Source: Phoronis australis
Lineage: Eukaryota; Animalia; Phoronida
Length of the DNA stretch: 49,212 nucleotides
Reading direction: 5' to 3'
NCBI GenBank assembly: GCA_002633005.1
Contig: NMRA01000207.1
Coordinates: 5,051 to 54,262 of the forward strand
Position numbers and translations under genes: made by a program. The number at the start of each line of letters is the position of its first letter. Position 1 is the stretch's first letter. The notes beneath the pieces were generated by a model. It did not search any database, was not told the origin of the DNA, and worked only from the letters and a program-made list of their open reading frames with translations. This document shows, in pieces, positions 35,137-48,857 of this stretch.

Positions 35137-36256
35137 TTAAAAGTCCACTCAGCGTCTACTTTTAAAAAATATGGTTTTGTGGATCATTTTTCTTTTATAA
35201 AAAACGAACGAAGTGTTGACGAACCATGTAGTTATTAACTTAAAAATTAAAAAAAAACAGTTTCATGCAAAAAATAATGACATTTTCATAGCAGCCGAGG
35301 TTATTCCTTTGTAGCTGAAATTTTCATTATAAAGTGTTTTGCCACCAGTCAATCGATATTTCTTAGTATATCAATACTTGTCATTTGCGAAATAGTTCCA
35401 AAAGCAATCGTGGAGTCGCATGCATGATATTTGTTTTAGTAGAAAATTCTCGTTTACTAGTAAACGTTGCTTGGGTCTACTTCGTTACAAAATGAATAGA
35501 GAAAATCCTACTGAGCGCAAACATTCATTTTCTTTCCCCCAATCTAGCTAACGCGATGTAAATTTTCATTTGTATCCTGGTGTACATTTGCATATGGTGA
35601 GTATACTCATGTGGATGCAAGAGTGCTGCATGTAAACCAGCCATCATCTTTGGTTAAATCATGGTTAGTTGTTTCCGAGGTAGGCCTACCTTGCACATCC
35701 AAAGCTTTCAATTCTGTAGAAAAGCCACTTTACAGCTGACACTCATTACAGTCTTCCACTGTTAGAAAGATGTATATGCGCATGCAAAACGCGAGACAAG
35801 TCTCGAGATTGTGCACGTGCGCCTATCGGGCGTTTCTTTTGTGTTCGGTTGTGGTCCACGACTTGCGCCAATGAGACAAATATAAAGAACTTTCATGTTA
35901 CGATGGCACTGCAAAAATGATTGTTTTGAATGCTAACATAAACAAAGAGATAAACCCCAAACTTACAGTTTGTAGCAAAAACGAGTTCCCATACCAGCCA
36001 CAACACTATTTAGCCATCGTGCTTTTGAAAAGTATATTTAGCACCGACCTTTGGGGTCACCCAGTTGCCTACGCTGTGTGCCACTTTGATACCGTTTTGG
36101 CACTGTCCCAGCATCGGTTGCTATATCAGTCTGTTTTGTATTTTAACAACCCGGTCTATGAAAGTCAACATATGTACAGTATCGCACAATTTTGCGCTAT
36201 TTACGAAGCATGGTTTTCACTGCAACAAAAATGCTATTTTTGTATTTGGCGCGATA

Positions 36257-39200
36257 TAGTCGGTGGGCCAGATTTTGTAGGGCCTCTAGAAAATGGTTTT
36301 TGTGAGTACTTTAGGGGGGCAATTTTATTTTGGTGTTTTTTAATTCCTTTATTAGAGTGTTTTCAAAATCTAAAAAGTTCCCACATATAAAGTTGCACAT
36401 TTTTGAGAAATTTGAGTTTGAAGTTACATAATAATCACCAAAGAGCTTAGTAAACTTATATTTGTAAAAACAACAGTTTTGGTGACTTTTTTGTAAAACA
36501 AGTAATATGGTCCCATCAGTGCCATTGTATTAAACAATATTACACTCACATTACACGTTTTACTATTGTAAATTAATTGTAAACAGTGAAATTTAAAAAA
36601 CGTAAAGAGACACCTAGTGGCCAAAATGCAAACTAAGTCTGAATGTTACTAGGAAGTTATTCTGGCATTGTCAGGCAACAAAAATAACACAAAACACTTG
36701 AGACTGGGCAAAATTTGTGCCTCAATGACTAAAACATTGACTAATGGTGTAAAATACAGCTTGTTTGCATAATACACCAGAAATACGTTATAGTACAAAA
36801 ACAATATACCGGTAGTTGAATGATCTCTGTGAATGTGCACAAAGACTGTATGAAAATAATAGATTATTCTGACAGCGTTTATCAAGCAGTATGAGACAAA
36901 TACATGACAATGATCAAAGTATGTACTTTCTATGACTTAATCAACAAATAAAATTAACTTTTTAATACAAAAAAGGAAATAACGGGGTTGGAGGTCTATT
37001 TAGGGTTGACTTGTCAAAGAACTATCCAATGTTATGCAGTCAGTGTTGCTGATGTTACTACAGTTGTCACAGCTGCACATTTCTGTACAGTTTGACCCAG
37101 CATTGCAGCACAAACTCAGTTTCCCAGCACACATGTTCTTTTTGCACTTGCAGCGTTCATCGTTTAGTACTGTCAATGGAGATGCGGTCATTGCCATACA
37201 TATTAACTGCAAAGCTCCACCGCCAAGGAGCCAACTATGGTCGATTAGAGAGGGTACAGCACTGCACACTGGTGATTAACCCGCAGGCAATGAAGGGTCA
37301 AACACTAAGTCCTTGTTTGGAGGCGGGCACTATTTGGGCAAACGTTTGATTCAAAATATGTTATAATGGGCTGTGTTAATTAGAGTCAGCAAGTGAATTA
37401 TTGAACACTAGCCTCAATTCACTTTCGTATCTCTTAGTCGGGCACAAACTACAACAGTGAGTAGCTTCAACAATATTTCTTAAGATTGCCTGTCCAAATA
37501 ACTTCATGCACACCAGCTTTCTGAAGAACAGCTTCAAAGTCTTGCTTTAGTTTTGAAAGGCAAATGACATCTCCTTGTGTTAGAAGCTTCGATTCAATGA
37601 ACTCCAAACAAAACTGTAGAAAAACATCTCTGAAAACTGTGAATTCGTCACTCTTCACAATCGTTGTCTTTCTATTTTTTATAGCATGATGATCTGTGGT
37701 ACTTGGCTTCTAAGACACAAGGTCTTTATCTTTGAATTTCATTTGCATATTCAGGGCTCTGGACTGAGCTGTTGCTTGCGATACAAGTCCAACTGAAAAA
37801 AACCCGAACTGTTAACACTAATTTAACATTCAACTATGAGTGAGTTGGCATGCAACTTTTTCAGACGGACTTATCAGGCACTGATCCACCACCAGCCTAA
37901 CAAATTTACATGCCGTCTGATCTGTAGCCTAATAATGTTGATCGTCTAATAATTAGATCAGTTGATGCAACTGAAAATAAATCAACTGATATACCAGTGC
38001 AGTGATTGAAATTTAATTTTTTTAAATCAGATGCTCAAACCATAGTCAATCGATTTACACTTAAGGTAATCGACGTTTGACGAAATGGACAGTGGCTTCC
38101 ATCGTCCTCAAATTTCGACGGCGACGATGGCCACTTAGGCACTTTAATTTAATTATCATTGCAGCTACCTAAGTAATTAATGTTTACAAAAAATTGAGAC
38201 TACGGCAGGGGATGACGGCCACTTGGGCATGTTGTTTGCAACCATCTACTCCATTTAACCTTCTCAAAAATTTTTGACTTAAAGTGCTTTAAAATCACAC
38301 CCACAGTATAACGCCATAGGATTATCCCTTAGCGCAAGCAGTGTCGATGTGGCAACTGAATGGAGTGTTCGAAAAACAGGATTGCAGGAGTATTTGTTTA
38401 AACTGGGAACAAATGAAAACATTAACGACCTCCTCAGAGGCATCTCTCTACGCGGTACTTCTAAACTTATAGGAACATAATTTGCCGAAAAGTATCCGGC
38501 ATATGAAGTACCTATGGTATGATCATCGTCTCTACTGGGTCAGCAGTATTGTCTAAGGCCTAGGCAGCCAAGGGGCTGAACAAGTTAAAAAACAACTGGT
38601 GATAATACTGAAACACACATGGAAAACACCAAGATGTATTTTTAAAAAACACGTACCTGTTTTTGAAAGCTATACTTCTTTCTCTTTCTTGAAATGTGGC
38701 CCATAATGTACTTTTCCTGCTAACAAATGATGCACTCATGTTTCAGAATGTTCCTATCTTGTTCAGGTTAATTGGGTGTTTCAGATTTTGGAAGTGATTG
38801 ATTTTCTTGGGAAATCTTGGATAACATCTGTATCACTTTCAGCAACTTCAGCTTTAGTACTACTGTTGGTGCCTTGAAACGTTGCTATGCCGTTCTATGT
38901 CCTTTCAATTTTCTGGTCTGACACTTGGTATTCTAGTCTATAGCACTCAGCAGTATACTGTGTAGGCTACCAGGGCATGCAGCTGTTTTCTGCACAAACG
39001 TTTGTGACACCTCTTCTTCTTTTTGATCTACTGATCTACAGAGTTCCACAGTCAATCAGCTTTCGTCAGGAAGCTTTCCTAAGCTTCTTTAGGCTCTGAC
39101 ATCACAATTTTGTGCTGTTTGATAAACCTTGAATTATACAGACATCACATTCCATGGGAGCAGCCATATTGAAGTAACTAAGCACAACAATACAATCTGG

Positions 39201-39425
39201 CTCTCTGATTGGTCAATTCACTAGAAAAGCGCCATCAAGTGGCAGGAATATGCATCATATTTTGTGCAACAAAAACACCTTTTTTTAAAAAAATGTGCAA
39301 GTGTAGACGTGGGAACTTTTTGGAATTTGATTTTTAGTTATATTATCTAGCCACATAGAAAAAACTAGGTTGCCCCCCCAAAGTACTCACAAGGATGAAC
39401 GCTATGAGATCTGGCCCACCGACTA
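36257..39425 (-). mobile_element. Academ DNA transposon, internally deleted
   Basis: Perfect 17-bp termini tagtcggtgggccagat / atctggcccaccgacta extending to ~170-bp imperfect TIRs. TAG..CTA ends and 3-bp TSD ata. Transposase remnants on the minus strand. Confidence 0.9.
37000..39168 (-). pseudogene. Academ transposase remnants (catalytic core deleted)
   Basis: N-terminus MAAPMECDVCII (~39168), mid fragment 37467-37658, and Cys-rich C-terminus RCKCKKNMCAGKLSLCCNAGSNCTEMCSCDNCSN (37000-37269). Confidence 0.72.
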
Positions 39426-40312
39426 ATAGGCTTAAATTATGAGACGTTTCTTAACGATTCGCAGCCGAAATGTTATTTTTTTGAAGACAGAAAGAGAACA
39501 TTTCTCCTGGGAATGCTACTTGGTGGCCGTGTGTTGATGGTTTCGACCACAGGCTGTGGTGCTAGGCGTCTAGTGTGGTAGTGTAGTTAGTAGTAGTATC
39601 TGGCTCTGCTTAGTGCTCTGCTTTCAGCTTTCGCCGCTGTTCAGTTTCGACTGTTAGTACTGTACATGTAGCTTCTCCCACAACAAGACTCGTACAGTGC
39701 CTCCACGCGGCAACACATGGACTGGGTTTACTCAGACTAAACTGTGCGGGATCTGGTTGGAGAAGGGGGTTTTCTGTCTTTAGCAGCCGCTGTTGTTTCG
39801 AACGATATGAGATGCCGAAAACTTTGTTGGAAGCATTCTCTGTTCTCGGATGATTGATCAGTGGCTCTAGAGTGGGAGGCCTCTCTAACCCAATCATCCC
39901 CTTTTGGGGCGCCTGGTCAGGAGTATCTTGACTTAGACCTCTTCGGGTCCGATTGACACCCCTTGTCTCTGGTTGGGTGACGCGGGAGACCTTAAGAACT
40001 AATACCCTGGTTCTTGAGTCTTAAAGCAGTTGCGGCTGGTGGTAAACAACACAGAACTTTGCGTATCAAGTAATATTGGGCAAACCGCAGTGCACGGAGT
40101 AGCGCCTGCTGCACTAGGGGACAAGCCTCCGCACGGTTAGCCCTGGGAGTTTGCGAGGTTCTGGCACTTGGAGGTAGACATATCGAACATGGAAAATCCA
40201 TTTGCAGCAGAAGCCCTTTCGCTGGGGGTCATTATGCTCGCTTGGAGGAACCAGGGGAAGGAGCTGTTAAAACCAGTGTCAGACCCTATAGATTGCGGAT
40301 GCAGGAAAGCCT

Positions 40313-41610
40313 TTGGCTGGGCCTTGTTGCCACCCTATGGATAGGGTGAATGCGGATGCAGACCTGAATCATAACCTTTACTTGCTATATGGATCCACAG
40401 CGAAAACCAATAACCCACCCTGGTCAGGGGTCAAGGGACCAGCGCACAGGGCAGTCGAATGCAGTCTTTGCGGCCATGGACGTCCGCCTCAAGGACTCCT
40501 ACCTAGGAGTTTCTATAAGGCTAGTGGAAGAACCCCTACTGTGGTCGCTTGCTCTGGGAAATCACTGGACTCTTCTATGAGAGTGGAAAGTGAGATTGCC
40601 AAGCTTGTGAAAGCGGCTAGTGTGGCTGCTGACGCGAACCCCAAACCCGTGCCCCGGACACTCCTCACGGAGCGAATGGTGGCGGAAAGACTTCAACTGG
40701 GTTTGATGGCAGCTCCCACTGATTTGCTCTCTGCTGCTCGGCGGAAAACAAAGCGGGCTCGCCAGACGGCTCAGAAGAAGCATGAAAACCTAGAAATCGA
40801 TGTTCAGCAGGGTGTTAAGCGCCCCACGTCTGACAGCTCGACTCCTGGGACATCCTCAAAACCTCACCAAAGTGGCTAAAGTGGATAAACTACCTTATGC
40901 TAGCGTGGCTAAGAAAGCTCTTAGTGTCTTTGTGGCTGCAAAGGCTGGTGAGCCACCACTAAATGAGGACGAGGCTATCTGAAGCGCCGACTACAGATGG
41001 CATTTGTCAAGCCTCAGCGACCCCGTGTCCCGCTTCATATCAAGTCTTGAAAAGGGCAACCTGGCGATTGCCTTTAACAACTCAGCTACTTTTGACTGGG
41101 TCAAACTTGAGTGTACGGAACTTACACCTGATGGTTCTGAATCTCACAGGTCAGGGTACCACGTGATGGGTCCAGGCGATTTACCTCCTGTGTTCAAGGC
41201 CTTCTGTCATGTGTCAGAGGAAGTTGCCTCTGATAAGGATGAGTTCTTGTTGGTCCTTAAGGAGAGCAACGATGACCTGGATATGACAAAGGTTCATGTG
41301 GTATCAATGACTGCCATCAAACCAACGTCAAAATATCCCTCTAAGAGATTTACTATTGTCCTAGCGTTCGGTTCTCCGTGGGATGGATTTTCGTCCCTGG
41401 TGCGGCTTTGCTGGGAGTGTGCTTTTTAGAGCTAGGAGCAAAGGCAGTAAGGGGGCCAAAGCCTCTTTCCAGGCCTCAGAAGGGATGTCAACCTCGGACA
41501 TGGAAGCTGACAGTGCGCCCACCACAAAGTCAGCGGAAATGGACCATCCAATGACAAATCTTCTCTGGCTCCTTCCCTACTTACGAGTGGTGTGGAGTCT
41601 AGGTATATAG
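40313..41610 (+). pseudogene. LINE ORF1 (fragmented)
   Basis: Series of plus-strand ORF fragments directly upstream of ORF2. Basic/Ser-rich, includes YASVAK. Confidence 0.55.
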
Positions 41611-41637
41611 TCACTGGTATATTCTTAACATGATGAA

Positions 41638-44600
41638 ATGAATCATGAGGTTAAAATCTGGCAGATAAATATGCACCGGGCCTACAACCCATCAGTGCTT
41701 CTGCAACAGACGCTTGAGCACAATACCCTATTCATGGCCTTCGTACAAGAGCCGTGCTGTCGAAGAAGCGCGATGATGAACACTCCTAGGAATCTTATAT
41801 TGCTTCACTGGGTAACAACATCAAGCCCAGGGCTGCGACTCTGGTATCCAAGGACATAACCTCAAGAATCCTTCCTGAGTTTTGTGACAGGGACATTGTG
41901 GCAGTGTCCTGTGATACACTAAGACCAAATGGTCTAATATGCGCAGTATGGTGGGTCTCAGCCTATATGCCAGGGGACTCCGCCGAGAGCCCACCCCCAC
42001 CTAAACTGCAACAAATCACCAATCACTGCAGAGCCAAAAATATCTCTTTGGTTATCTGTTGTGATGCCAATTGCCAATTCACATCACAAGTTGTGGCACA
42101 GCACCGACACCAACCCAAGAGGTGAGGCACTTCTAGAGTTCATTGTCAGCTCACAACAAGAGCCATGAGTCCACATTTGTTGTCAGAAACCGGAAGAAGA
42201 TTATAGACCTTACTCTGGTTAATTTGCTTGCTGTTGATTGGAGAGTGGATTCTGCACCTTCTTTATCTGACCACAGATACATCAGGTTTGAAGTGGCGAC
42301 TTCCGTTGTTCCACTATTTACTGAGAATAGGAATACCAATAAGGTGAACTGGGAACTCTATTGTTCAAAGGTTTCCAAACTCTTCCTACTCTAGAAACAG
42401 CAACTATCAGGACTCGTTCTGATGTTAACAAATTGGCAGATGAAATTAACAATGCCCTGACCAAGTCATTAGATATTTCCTGCCTTAAACGCTGTATTAA
42501 GGTCACTGGGAAACCAAAACAACAGATTTGGTGGACCAAAGAACTGGCAGCACTTCGGGGTAAGGTACGTAAAGCTCACAGAGCGGCAATTCGGACTGAC
42601 ACTGACGAGTGCTGGGATGCATATCATCTTGCCTATCGTATGTTTAAGTCTTCCACACGCAAAGCAAAGCGCAATTCATTGAGGAATTTCTGTCAGCAAA
42701 CTAACAGCTTCTCTGCATCTGCAAGGCTGGTGCAATTGCTTAAGAAGAACCACTCCTCCAGACTCGAGGTCATTCAAAAAGAGGATGGCTCATACACACG
42801 CTCCGCCGAGGAAACACACGAAGTCATGATGGGTAAGCACTATCCTGATAGTGTAAACCTGTCGAACCAATGACGAACTCAGAGAAGTGTGAACCATTAG
42901 CTTATGCTGATGTTTAAAATATAGCCACACCTCATCTCTAGGAGTTAGCTCTAAAGTCTTTTAAACAATGGAAGTCCCCAGGACTAGACATGATATATCC
43001 TATAATGCTCCAAGGGGCTGGGATACCACTATTCCAAATACTCACAGCGACCTACAAAGCCATTCTTAAACTAGGTTATATCCCCAAGACTTGGACTGAA
43101 GCTAGGGTAGTCTTCATTCCTAAACCAGGGAAGAGCTCATACCTTTTGGTTGAATCATTTAGGCCTATAAACTTAACATCCTTCCTTCTCAAAGGACTGA
43201 AAAGGCTCATTCTGTGGCATCTTGATAAACAAGGCATACAGAACAAACTTCAGAACAACCAGTATGCTTATAGGCCTGGCTTCTCTACGGAGACCGCTCT
43301 ACATCATCTGGTTGCTAGACTGGAAAGGGTTGTTTTTAATAAACAATTTGACCCCCAATTTGTGCCTTCATTGATCTTGTTGGTGCTTTCAGCAATATTA
43401 AGCATAACGCGATCCGAATTGCACTAAACCACTTTAAAGAGAATAGGTGTCTCACCAGGTGGATCATTAACATGCTTGGAAGTCAATTTGTGACTGCTTG
43501 TCTAGACGATGTGAGTGTGGCGGTTCGCATCACCAGAGGAACACCTCAGGGTGGCGCTGCCTCACCAACCCTCTTTAACATGGTTATAGATGGTTTGCTT
43601 CGACAATTATCTACTGACATGGGTCCAAGCTTGTATGCACAGGCCTATGCAGATGTTATTGCTCTCAGTGTGTCTAGAATCCGGCGATCCTGACACATGT
43701 CGCTATCTTGCTCAAAGAGCACTAAATACAACAGCCACATGGGCTAAGTCAGTTGGCTTAGAAATTAGTGGTAGCAAAACAAAGGTGATCATGTTCACTT
43801 GGAAGCTTAAATGGTCAATGCTGCCTTTAATGTTGAATGGTAAACATCTTGATCTTGTAGACAAGGCGACTTATCTAGGTGTCATTTTAAACCATCGTCT
43901 TTCCTGGACCCCACATATTACAGAAAAAAATCTCAAAAGCCAAAACTGCATTGATGAGATGCAGTCGTGCGGTGGGTAGAATATGTTCTGGATTTATACT
44001 GCTGTTATCCGACCTACATGTATGATGTCCTATGCTGCGTCGGTATGGGTAACAGCATTAAAACAGGTTACAATTATCAATCAACTTAAGCAGCTGCAAC
44101 GTCTAGCTTGTCTGTGCATAACCTCTGCTTTTCCAGGAACTCCTTCTGCAGCCCTAGAAATGCTAAGCGGTCGACCACCACTCTACATATACCTTGAGGG
44201 TGAAGCTGCATGTGCTGCAATTCGTCTCAGATATAATGGTCAGTGGGTGAAAAATAATATCCCAGCTGACTCCGATTTACACAGAAGCCACAGGAATGTT
44301 TGCAATAAGCTAATAGCCAAAATTGGGCAACTATGGAACATGCCTAGTGATGTCCAAGTCACAACATTAAATCATACAAACAATTTCTTCACGGAAATTG
44401 GTGATTAATGGCCTACCGTAGAACACAAGAATGAGGTGGTTTGTTATACGGACGGCTCTAAACTGGAAAATGGTCAGACAGGTGCTGGAGTCTATTTTCC
44501 AAGCCTTCCTGTTGCAGATGCAGACAACTGGGTATCGCTAGGCAATCTTGCCATGGTGTTTCAGGCTGAGATCACTGCAATTAATAGAGCTGCTCAACAG

Positions 44601-46890
44601 ACACAACAATATAACACTGAGCTGGGCAATCGGCCAATTGCCATCTTCTCAGATAGCCAGGCAGCAATCAGCCCTAAAGAAACTAAGGGTCAATTCTCGC
44701 TGTGTTAATGCTTGTATTAAAGGAGCATGCCACCCAAAAAACAACCTAATTTGAATCAATTTAGATCGAGTAGTTCTACTCCATAACGACACGGACGATT
44801 GCGTTACCTGACACCTGACGGCAGACGGAGGTGTTGAAATTATCCAATGACGTCATCAGTTTCACACGCAGTCTGTTCAGCAGTTCACCCGGTGGCACAA
44901 CACGGGTTACTGGTGTCAGCTTATCGCATGAAGTCATCGTTTTACACCAAAAAATCATCAAAATTCGATGTAAAACCCTTTAAAATACACCGAGTTCTTA
45001 TAAAAACGTGTTGTTTTATTTCGCTCTTACGGATTTATTTGTATTTGGACACACCGTAGCCTACAAAGTTCGGCAGGCCAATAAGGTCCGTAGCAGAAGT
45101 TTGGGGTCTGTTCGGAGATAATTTCGAAGTATTTTCCGTGAGATACAGACATGAGAACCTAGATCTATGTTGTTTAGACTTGTGATTTTTTAGTTCTAAA
45201 CACAAAACGCTTGTTATCCTGGCCAGTGGCTCGGAGCCCGATAGGCCCGTCGCGGTCGGCCGGATTGACTCGTTATCCCGAGCGGGCCAGTGACTCGGAA
45301 ACTGATCAGACATCACGAGCATAAACCAGCCAAAGTTCAGTGGAAACTAAACTTCCAGTCAAGAAAATACTATACTAGTGAGCCAAAGTAATGTGCACGT
45401 GATTATGTTGGTGAATTACCACGAAACTGCAAATCTAGTTAATCGTCGGGGGCCGCGAATTCACGGGTTCCGCTTAAGTTTGGCCACAGCGCCGTCAGCG
45501 CAGAAGTTGCGCATTGACAATCATTATTTGAGTAATGTAAAGGTAAATAAAGATTCCCCTAACACCTGGCCGTGGGATGGAAATCGAGTTGTTTCACAAC
45601 AGTTTCTACCAGCAAATGACTAAATTAGCTGAGCTCAGTGGCCTCGGTGTCCCGGCAATTAGTTTTATTGCACCTAAAGCCGGTAACGCAGTGATTTATT
45701 CATTGCTGGCTTCTCAAATCATTTGCACTCACGAACACTCCAAAGGCATTACAAATTGCATCTAATGAAACAGACTTTGTTTCACTGAGTTTTATATAAG
45801 TATTGGTTAGGTGAGAATAATTCATTTTGAAACAGAACGCTCAGTAATAAACGCCAACATGGCAACTCGCAATCCCGACTTAGGACGAGCTAGACTCATC
45901 AGTCCCGACTTCGCACAGGAATACAGTGATGAAGAAATAGTAGAGAGGCGCTGTGAACAAGCTCAGACAACGGAACGTATGGAGTTATTTGGTAAGCCGG
46001 CATTCGTCAGGCACTGTCGACGTCTGCAGGCAACAGACACGGAGACGTTTCACGGCCTCATACTTGCTATTTACAGCGTACATTTCATTCTTCACTATAA
46101 TGAGCCACTTCCTAAGCATTTCGGACTCTCGAGAAAGTAAAAAAAAAAAACGTTATACCTGCTTTCCTCGCAGCTGCTTAGTTCGGACAAGCGGGAACGA
46201 TGCACCGCAACATAGCGGCCTTCACTCTACATATGAACCACTGACGTCGCTAGCGTCGTTTCTCACCTTCCTCACAGGTTAACGCGACACCTCTTGGCAA
46301 GGTAAGGTCGACCGCATGCGAGGCGATGTGGATATAGACCGATAAGACGGTAAAAAAGACTAATTAAATCGGGTGGCATTCTCCTTTAATGAGCTAAACA
46401 AGCTTGCAACTGAAAGAGACGTCAATATACACTGGGTCAGGGCCCATGTGGGCATTGATGGCAATGAGAATGCAGACAGACTCGCAAAGATAGGCGGGAG
46501 CACTAAGCGTTCTGCATTTTGTGCCTGAACCTGCTATCCCGGTATTTTACGGACGATGCAGGATGAGTTTACGCAACTGGGTACATACCCATGAGTCAGC
46601 TGCCCAGTGGGCATCACTTAACGCCTGCAGACTCAAGGAGAATTTTCCTAACGTGATCAAACCAAAAGCGGGTTCAAAAAACCTTCTGAGTCTAGATCGA
46701 TAGATTTGGTATAAGACACGTCATTCAAATTTTGACGGGCCACTGTAACCTAGCGCGACACAGACACATTACTGAGCATATGGGGAGTCCAGTGTGTCCC
46801 GAGTGTGGTACTGACGTAGAATCTCATAAACACCTGGTAGAGTCTTGCCCAGCTTTTTATAGGCTAGCAACCTACTGGATGACACTGTTA
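41638..46890 (+). pseudogene. LINE ORF2, many frameshifts, interrupted at 44721-46385
   Basis: Removing the insert and one TTAA restores CVNACINELNKLATERDVNIHWVRAHVGIDGNENADRLAKIG. Confidence 0.92.
44721..46385. mobile_element. Non-autonomous Kolobok element (1665 bp)
   Basis: TTAA TSD on both sides. 15-bp TIR aggagcatgccaccc / gggtggcattctcct (1 mismatch). AG..CT termini distinguish it from piggyBac (CC..GG). Confidence 0.9.
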
Positions 46891-47529
46891 AATGCCTAAA
46901 ACATATAATGCATGGCAACAAATGGAAATTACGTCTGTCCGTTTTCCTAAAGGAGACAGGCAGACTTGAAAACTTTGCCGAAGAGCCATAATTGGGATAT
47001 CGTGCTTTTGCTCAGGTGTTTTGTGCAATGGGCCCAACATGAGGCCTGCGCACGTCTGATGCGCATGAGGCCTGCGCACGTCTGATGCACTGCAAATGAC
47101 ATCAGGCCACCCGATCCGTTTTTTTACGTGATGGCCCTGAAAGAGTCATTTGAGTTCTGCCTAATTGTTCGCTATAAATGAACCGTTGAATCAGTGGCGC
47201 TCTTAAATAATGACCTGGAAAAGGCGACAATGCCCCTGGTCATTGAGGTGTACCTTGTCTCGGTGCATTAGTTTCTTGTTGCCGTAGAGGCGCCGGTGGA
47301 TCCAGAATTTCGCGGTTGAGTCGGTTTGCAAAGACTGTCCGAGGTGGTGGTTAAGGTCATCAGCCTGATTGTTGTACCGGCCGACCGAGTGATAACTGTA
47401 TCGTACAGGAGACACGACGACAGCCAACACACGGTAGTCCTCTTTCCGACGGGAAGCCAACCGAACAAGACGCCTCTGAACGTGGCGTGCAGTTCGTACG
47501 TGGATACACGGACGTGCGTCCGGCGTCCG

Positions 47530-48840
47530 CGGGTGTATCTCCTAAACCCCTTGTAGGATGAAATTTGGCAGGCGCCAGTGTTCCTAGGGGATTGACGACA
47601 GAGGGCGACGACTAGTTTCGGACCGACCCCGGCCGAATACCGCTGTCTCCCGTAGTGGCAATTTTAGTTTTTTACCGCGTTTGCCTCTGTAGTCTTCGAA
47701 GCTCCTCAACCGATTTTCATGAAATTTAGCAAATAGGCATCCATTAATGAGGTGACCCACTATCCTGTCTTGTGTTTTCACGATGGATTTGCGCCATCTA
47801 GTGACATTCTTAGTATTTTTGAGTCCCGTGACGTCCGGCGTCCCTGTCAACTAAACCCGGCAGTGTCATCATAAGGAGCAGTAATTGCGAAGTGGCATGA
47901 ATGTTCGAAGAGGACGGTTGACGATGATTTTCTGACGACTTCGACTACTGTGGCGCCTCCTAGTGGCAGTTTTGTTTGTTTTGCGCCCATGGTTGTATCT
48001 CCTAAACGCTCCGCAGGATTATTAAATGTTGCAAATGTGTTTATATGAAGTTAGTTGACAACGCGGAACGACGACGACTTTCAGACTACAGGTGTGCCCG
48101 GCCCCTTTTTAGTGGCAATTTTATTTTTTTTTTTTACATTTACCTCTGTATCTTCTAAGGTCCTCGATGGATTTGGAATTTGGCACATTCATGGGCTTCT
48201 AGTACGCTATCCTCCCGTATTGGGGGTGGATTTGAGGTATTTTGCGCCACCTAGTGGCCATTTTTACTGTTTTCGAATCAGTGTTTAGTTTTGGCGTCCT
48301 TCCCTCTATCAACCAAACCACGCTAAGGATGATTGTGAAAGTTGGCAGTGCATTTTCTTACTATTGACGATATTTTTCCGATGAGTTCGACTACTGTGGC
48401 GCCTCCTAGTGGCGGTTTTGTTTTTGCTTTTGTTTTACGCCCACTGGCAGGCCGTACCTGTATCTCCTAAGCCCTCTGTAGGATCTTTAGCACGTGTACA
48501 GTTATATGAAGTTAACAACGGAAGACGACGACTTTCACACGGGTCCGACTAAAACTGCCCCCTAGTGGCAGTTTCATTTTTTCTGTTTTCCTATATCTTT
48601 CTCTGATGAAGTTCCTCGACGAATTTTCATGAAATTTGTTAAATAACTTTCTTTTAAAGGAACGGTGACATTTTCCGGTTTTTAGACGGATTCAAAGTAT
48701 TTTGCTCTATCTAGTGGCCATTTTTACTGTTTTCTAGTCTGTTTTTGGCGTCCGCATTCTGTCAAACTAACCACTCTTAGGATGATTTTAGTGTGAAGAG
48801 AACGGTTGGCTTCAATTATTATGGAGCCCCCTAGTGACAT
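47530..48840 (+). repeat. Degenerate ~150-bp satellite with ~455-bp three-unit higher-order period (Helentron/MITE-type core repeat)
   Basis: Recurring gtatctcctaa, ttcatgaaattt, ttcgactactgtggcgcctcctagtggc and ctagtggccatttttactgtttt blocks. Confidence 0.8.
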
Positions 48841-48857
48841 TTTTTCGCCCTTAGCTG

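Larger units (their letters stand above)
39500..47120 (+). mobile_element. Near full-length degraded non-LTR retrotransposon, Loa/R1-type (ORF1 + APE-RT-RNase H-CCHC). Both ends approximate.
   Basis: APE QINMHR, VQEP, SAYMP, CDAN, IDLTL, SDHRYI. RT FIPKPGK, FRPINLTS, GTPQGG, QAYA. WIYTAVIRP, QRLACLCITSA. RNase H YTDGSK, VFQAEI, FSDSQAA, WVRAHVGIDGNENAD. C-terminal LTGHC..CPEC....H....C. Confidence 0.92.

Noticed and set aside
35917-36390. 157-aa ORF
   Set aside because: Runs across the Academ left terminus and has no motif, so it is likely a chance open frame.
39500-40310. Self-cleaving HDV-like ribozyme in the LINE 5' UTR
   Set aside because: Plausible for this group but I could not build the nested pseudoknot by eye. 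It needs an Infernal/RNArobo search.
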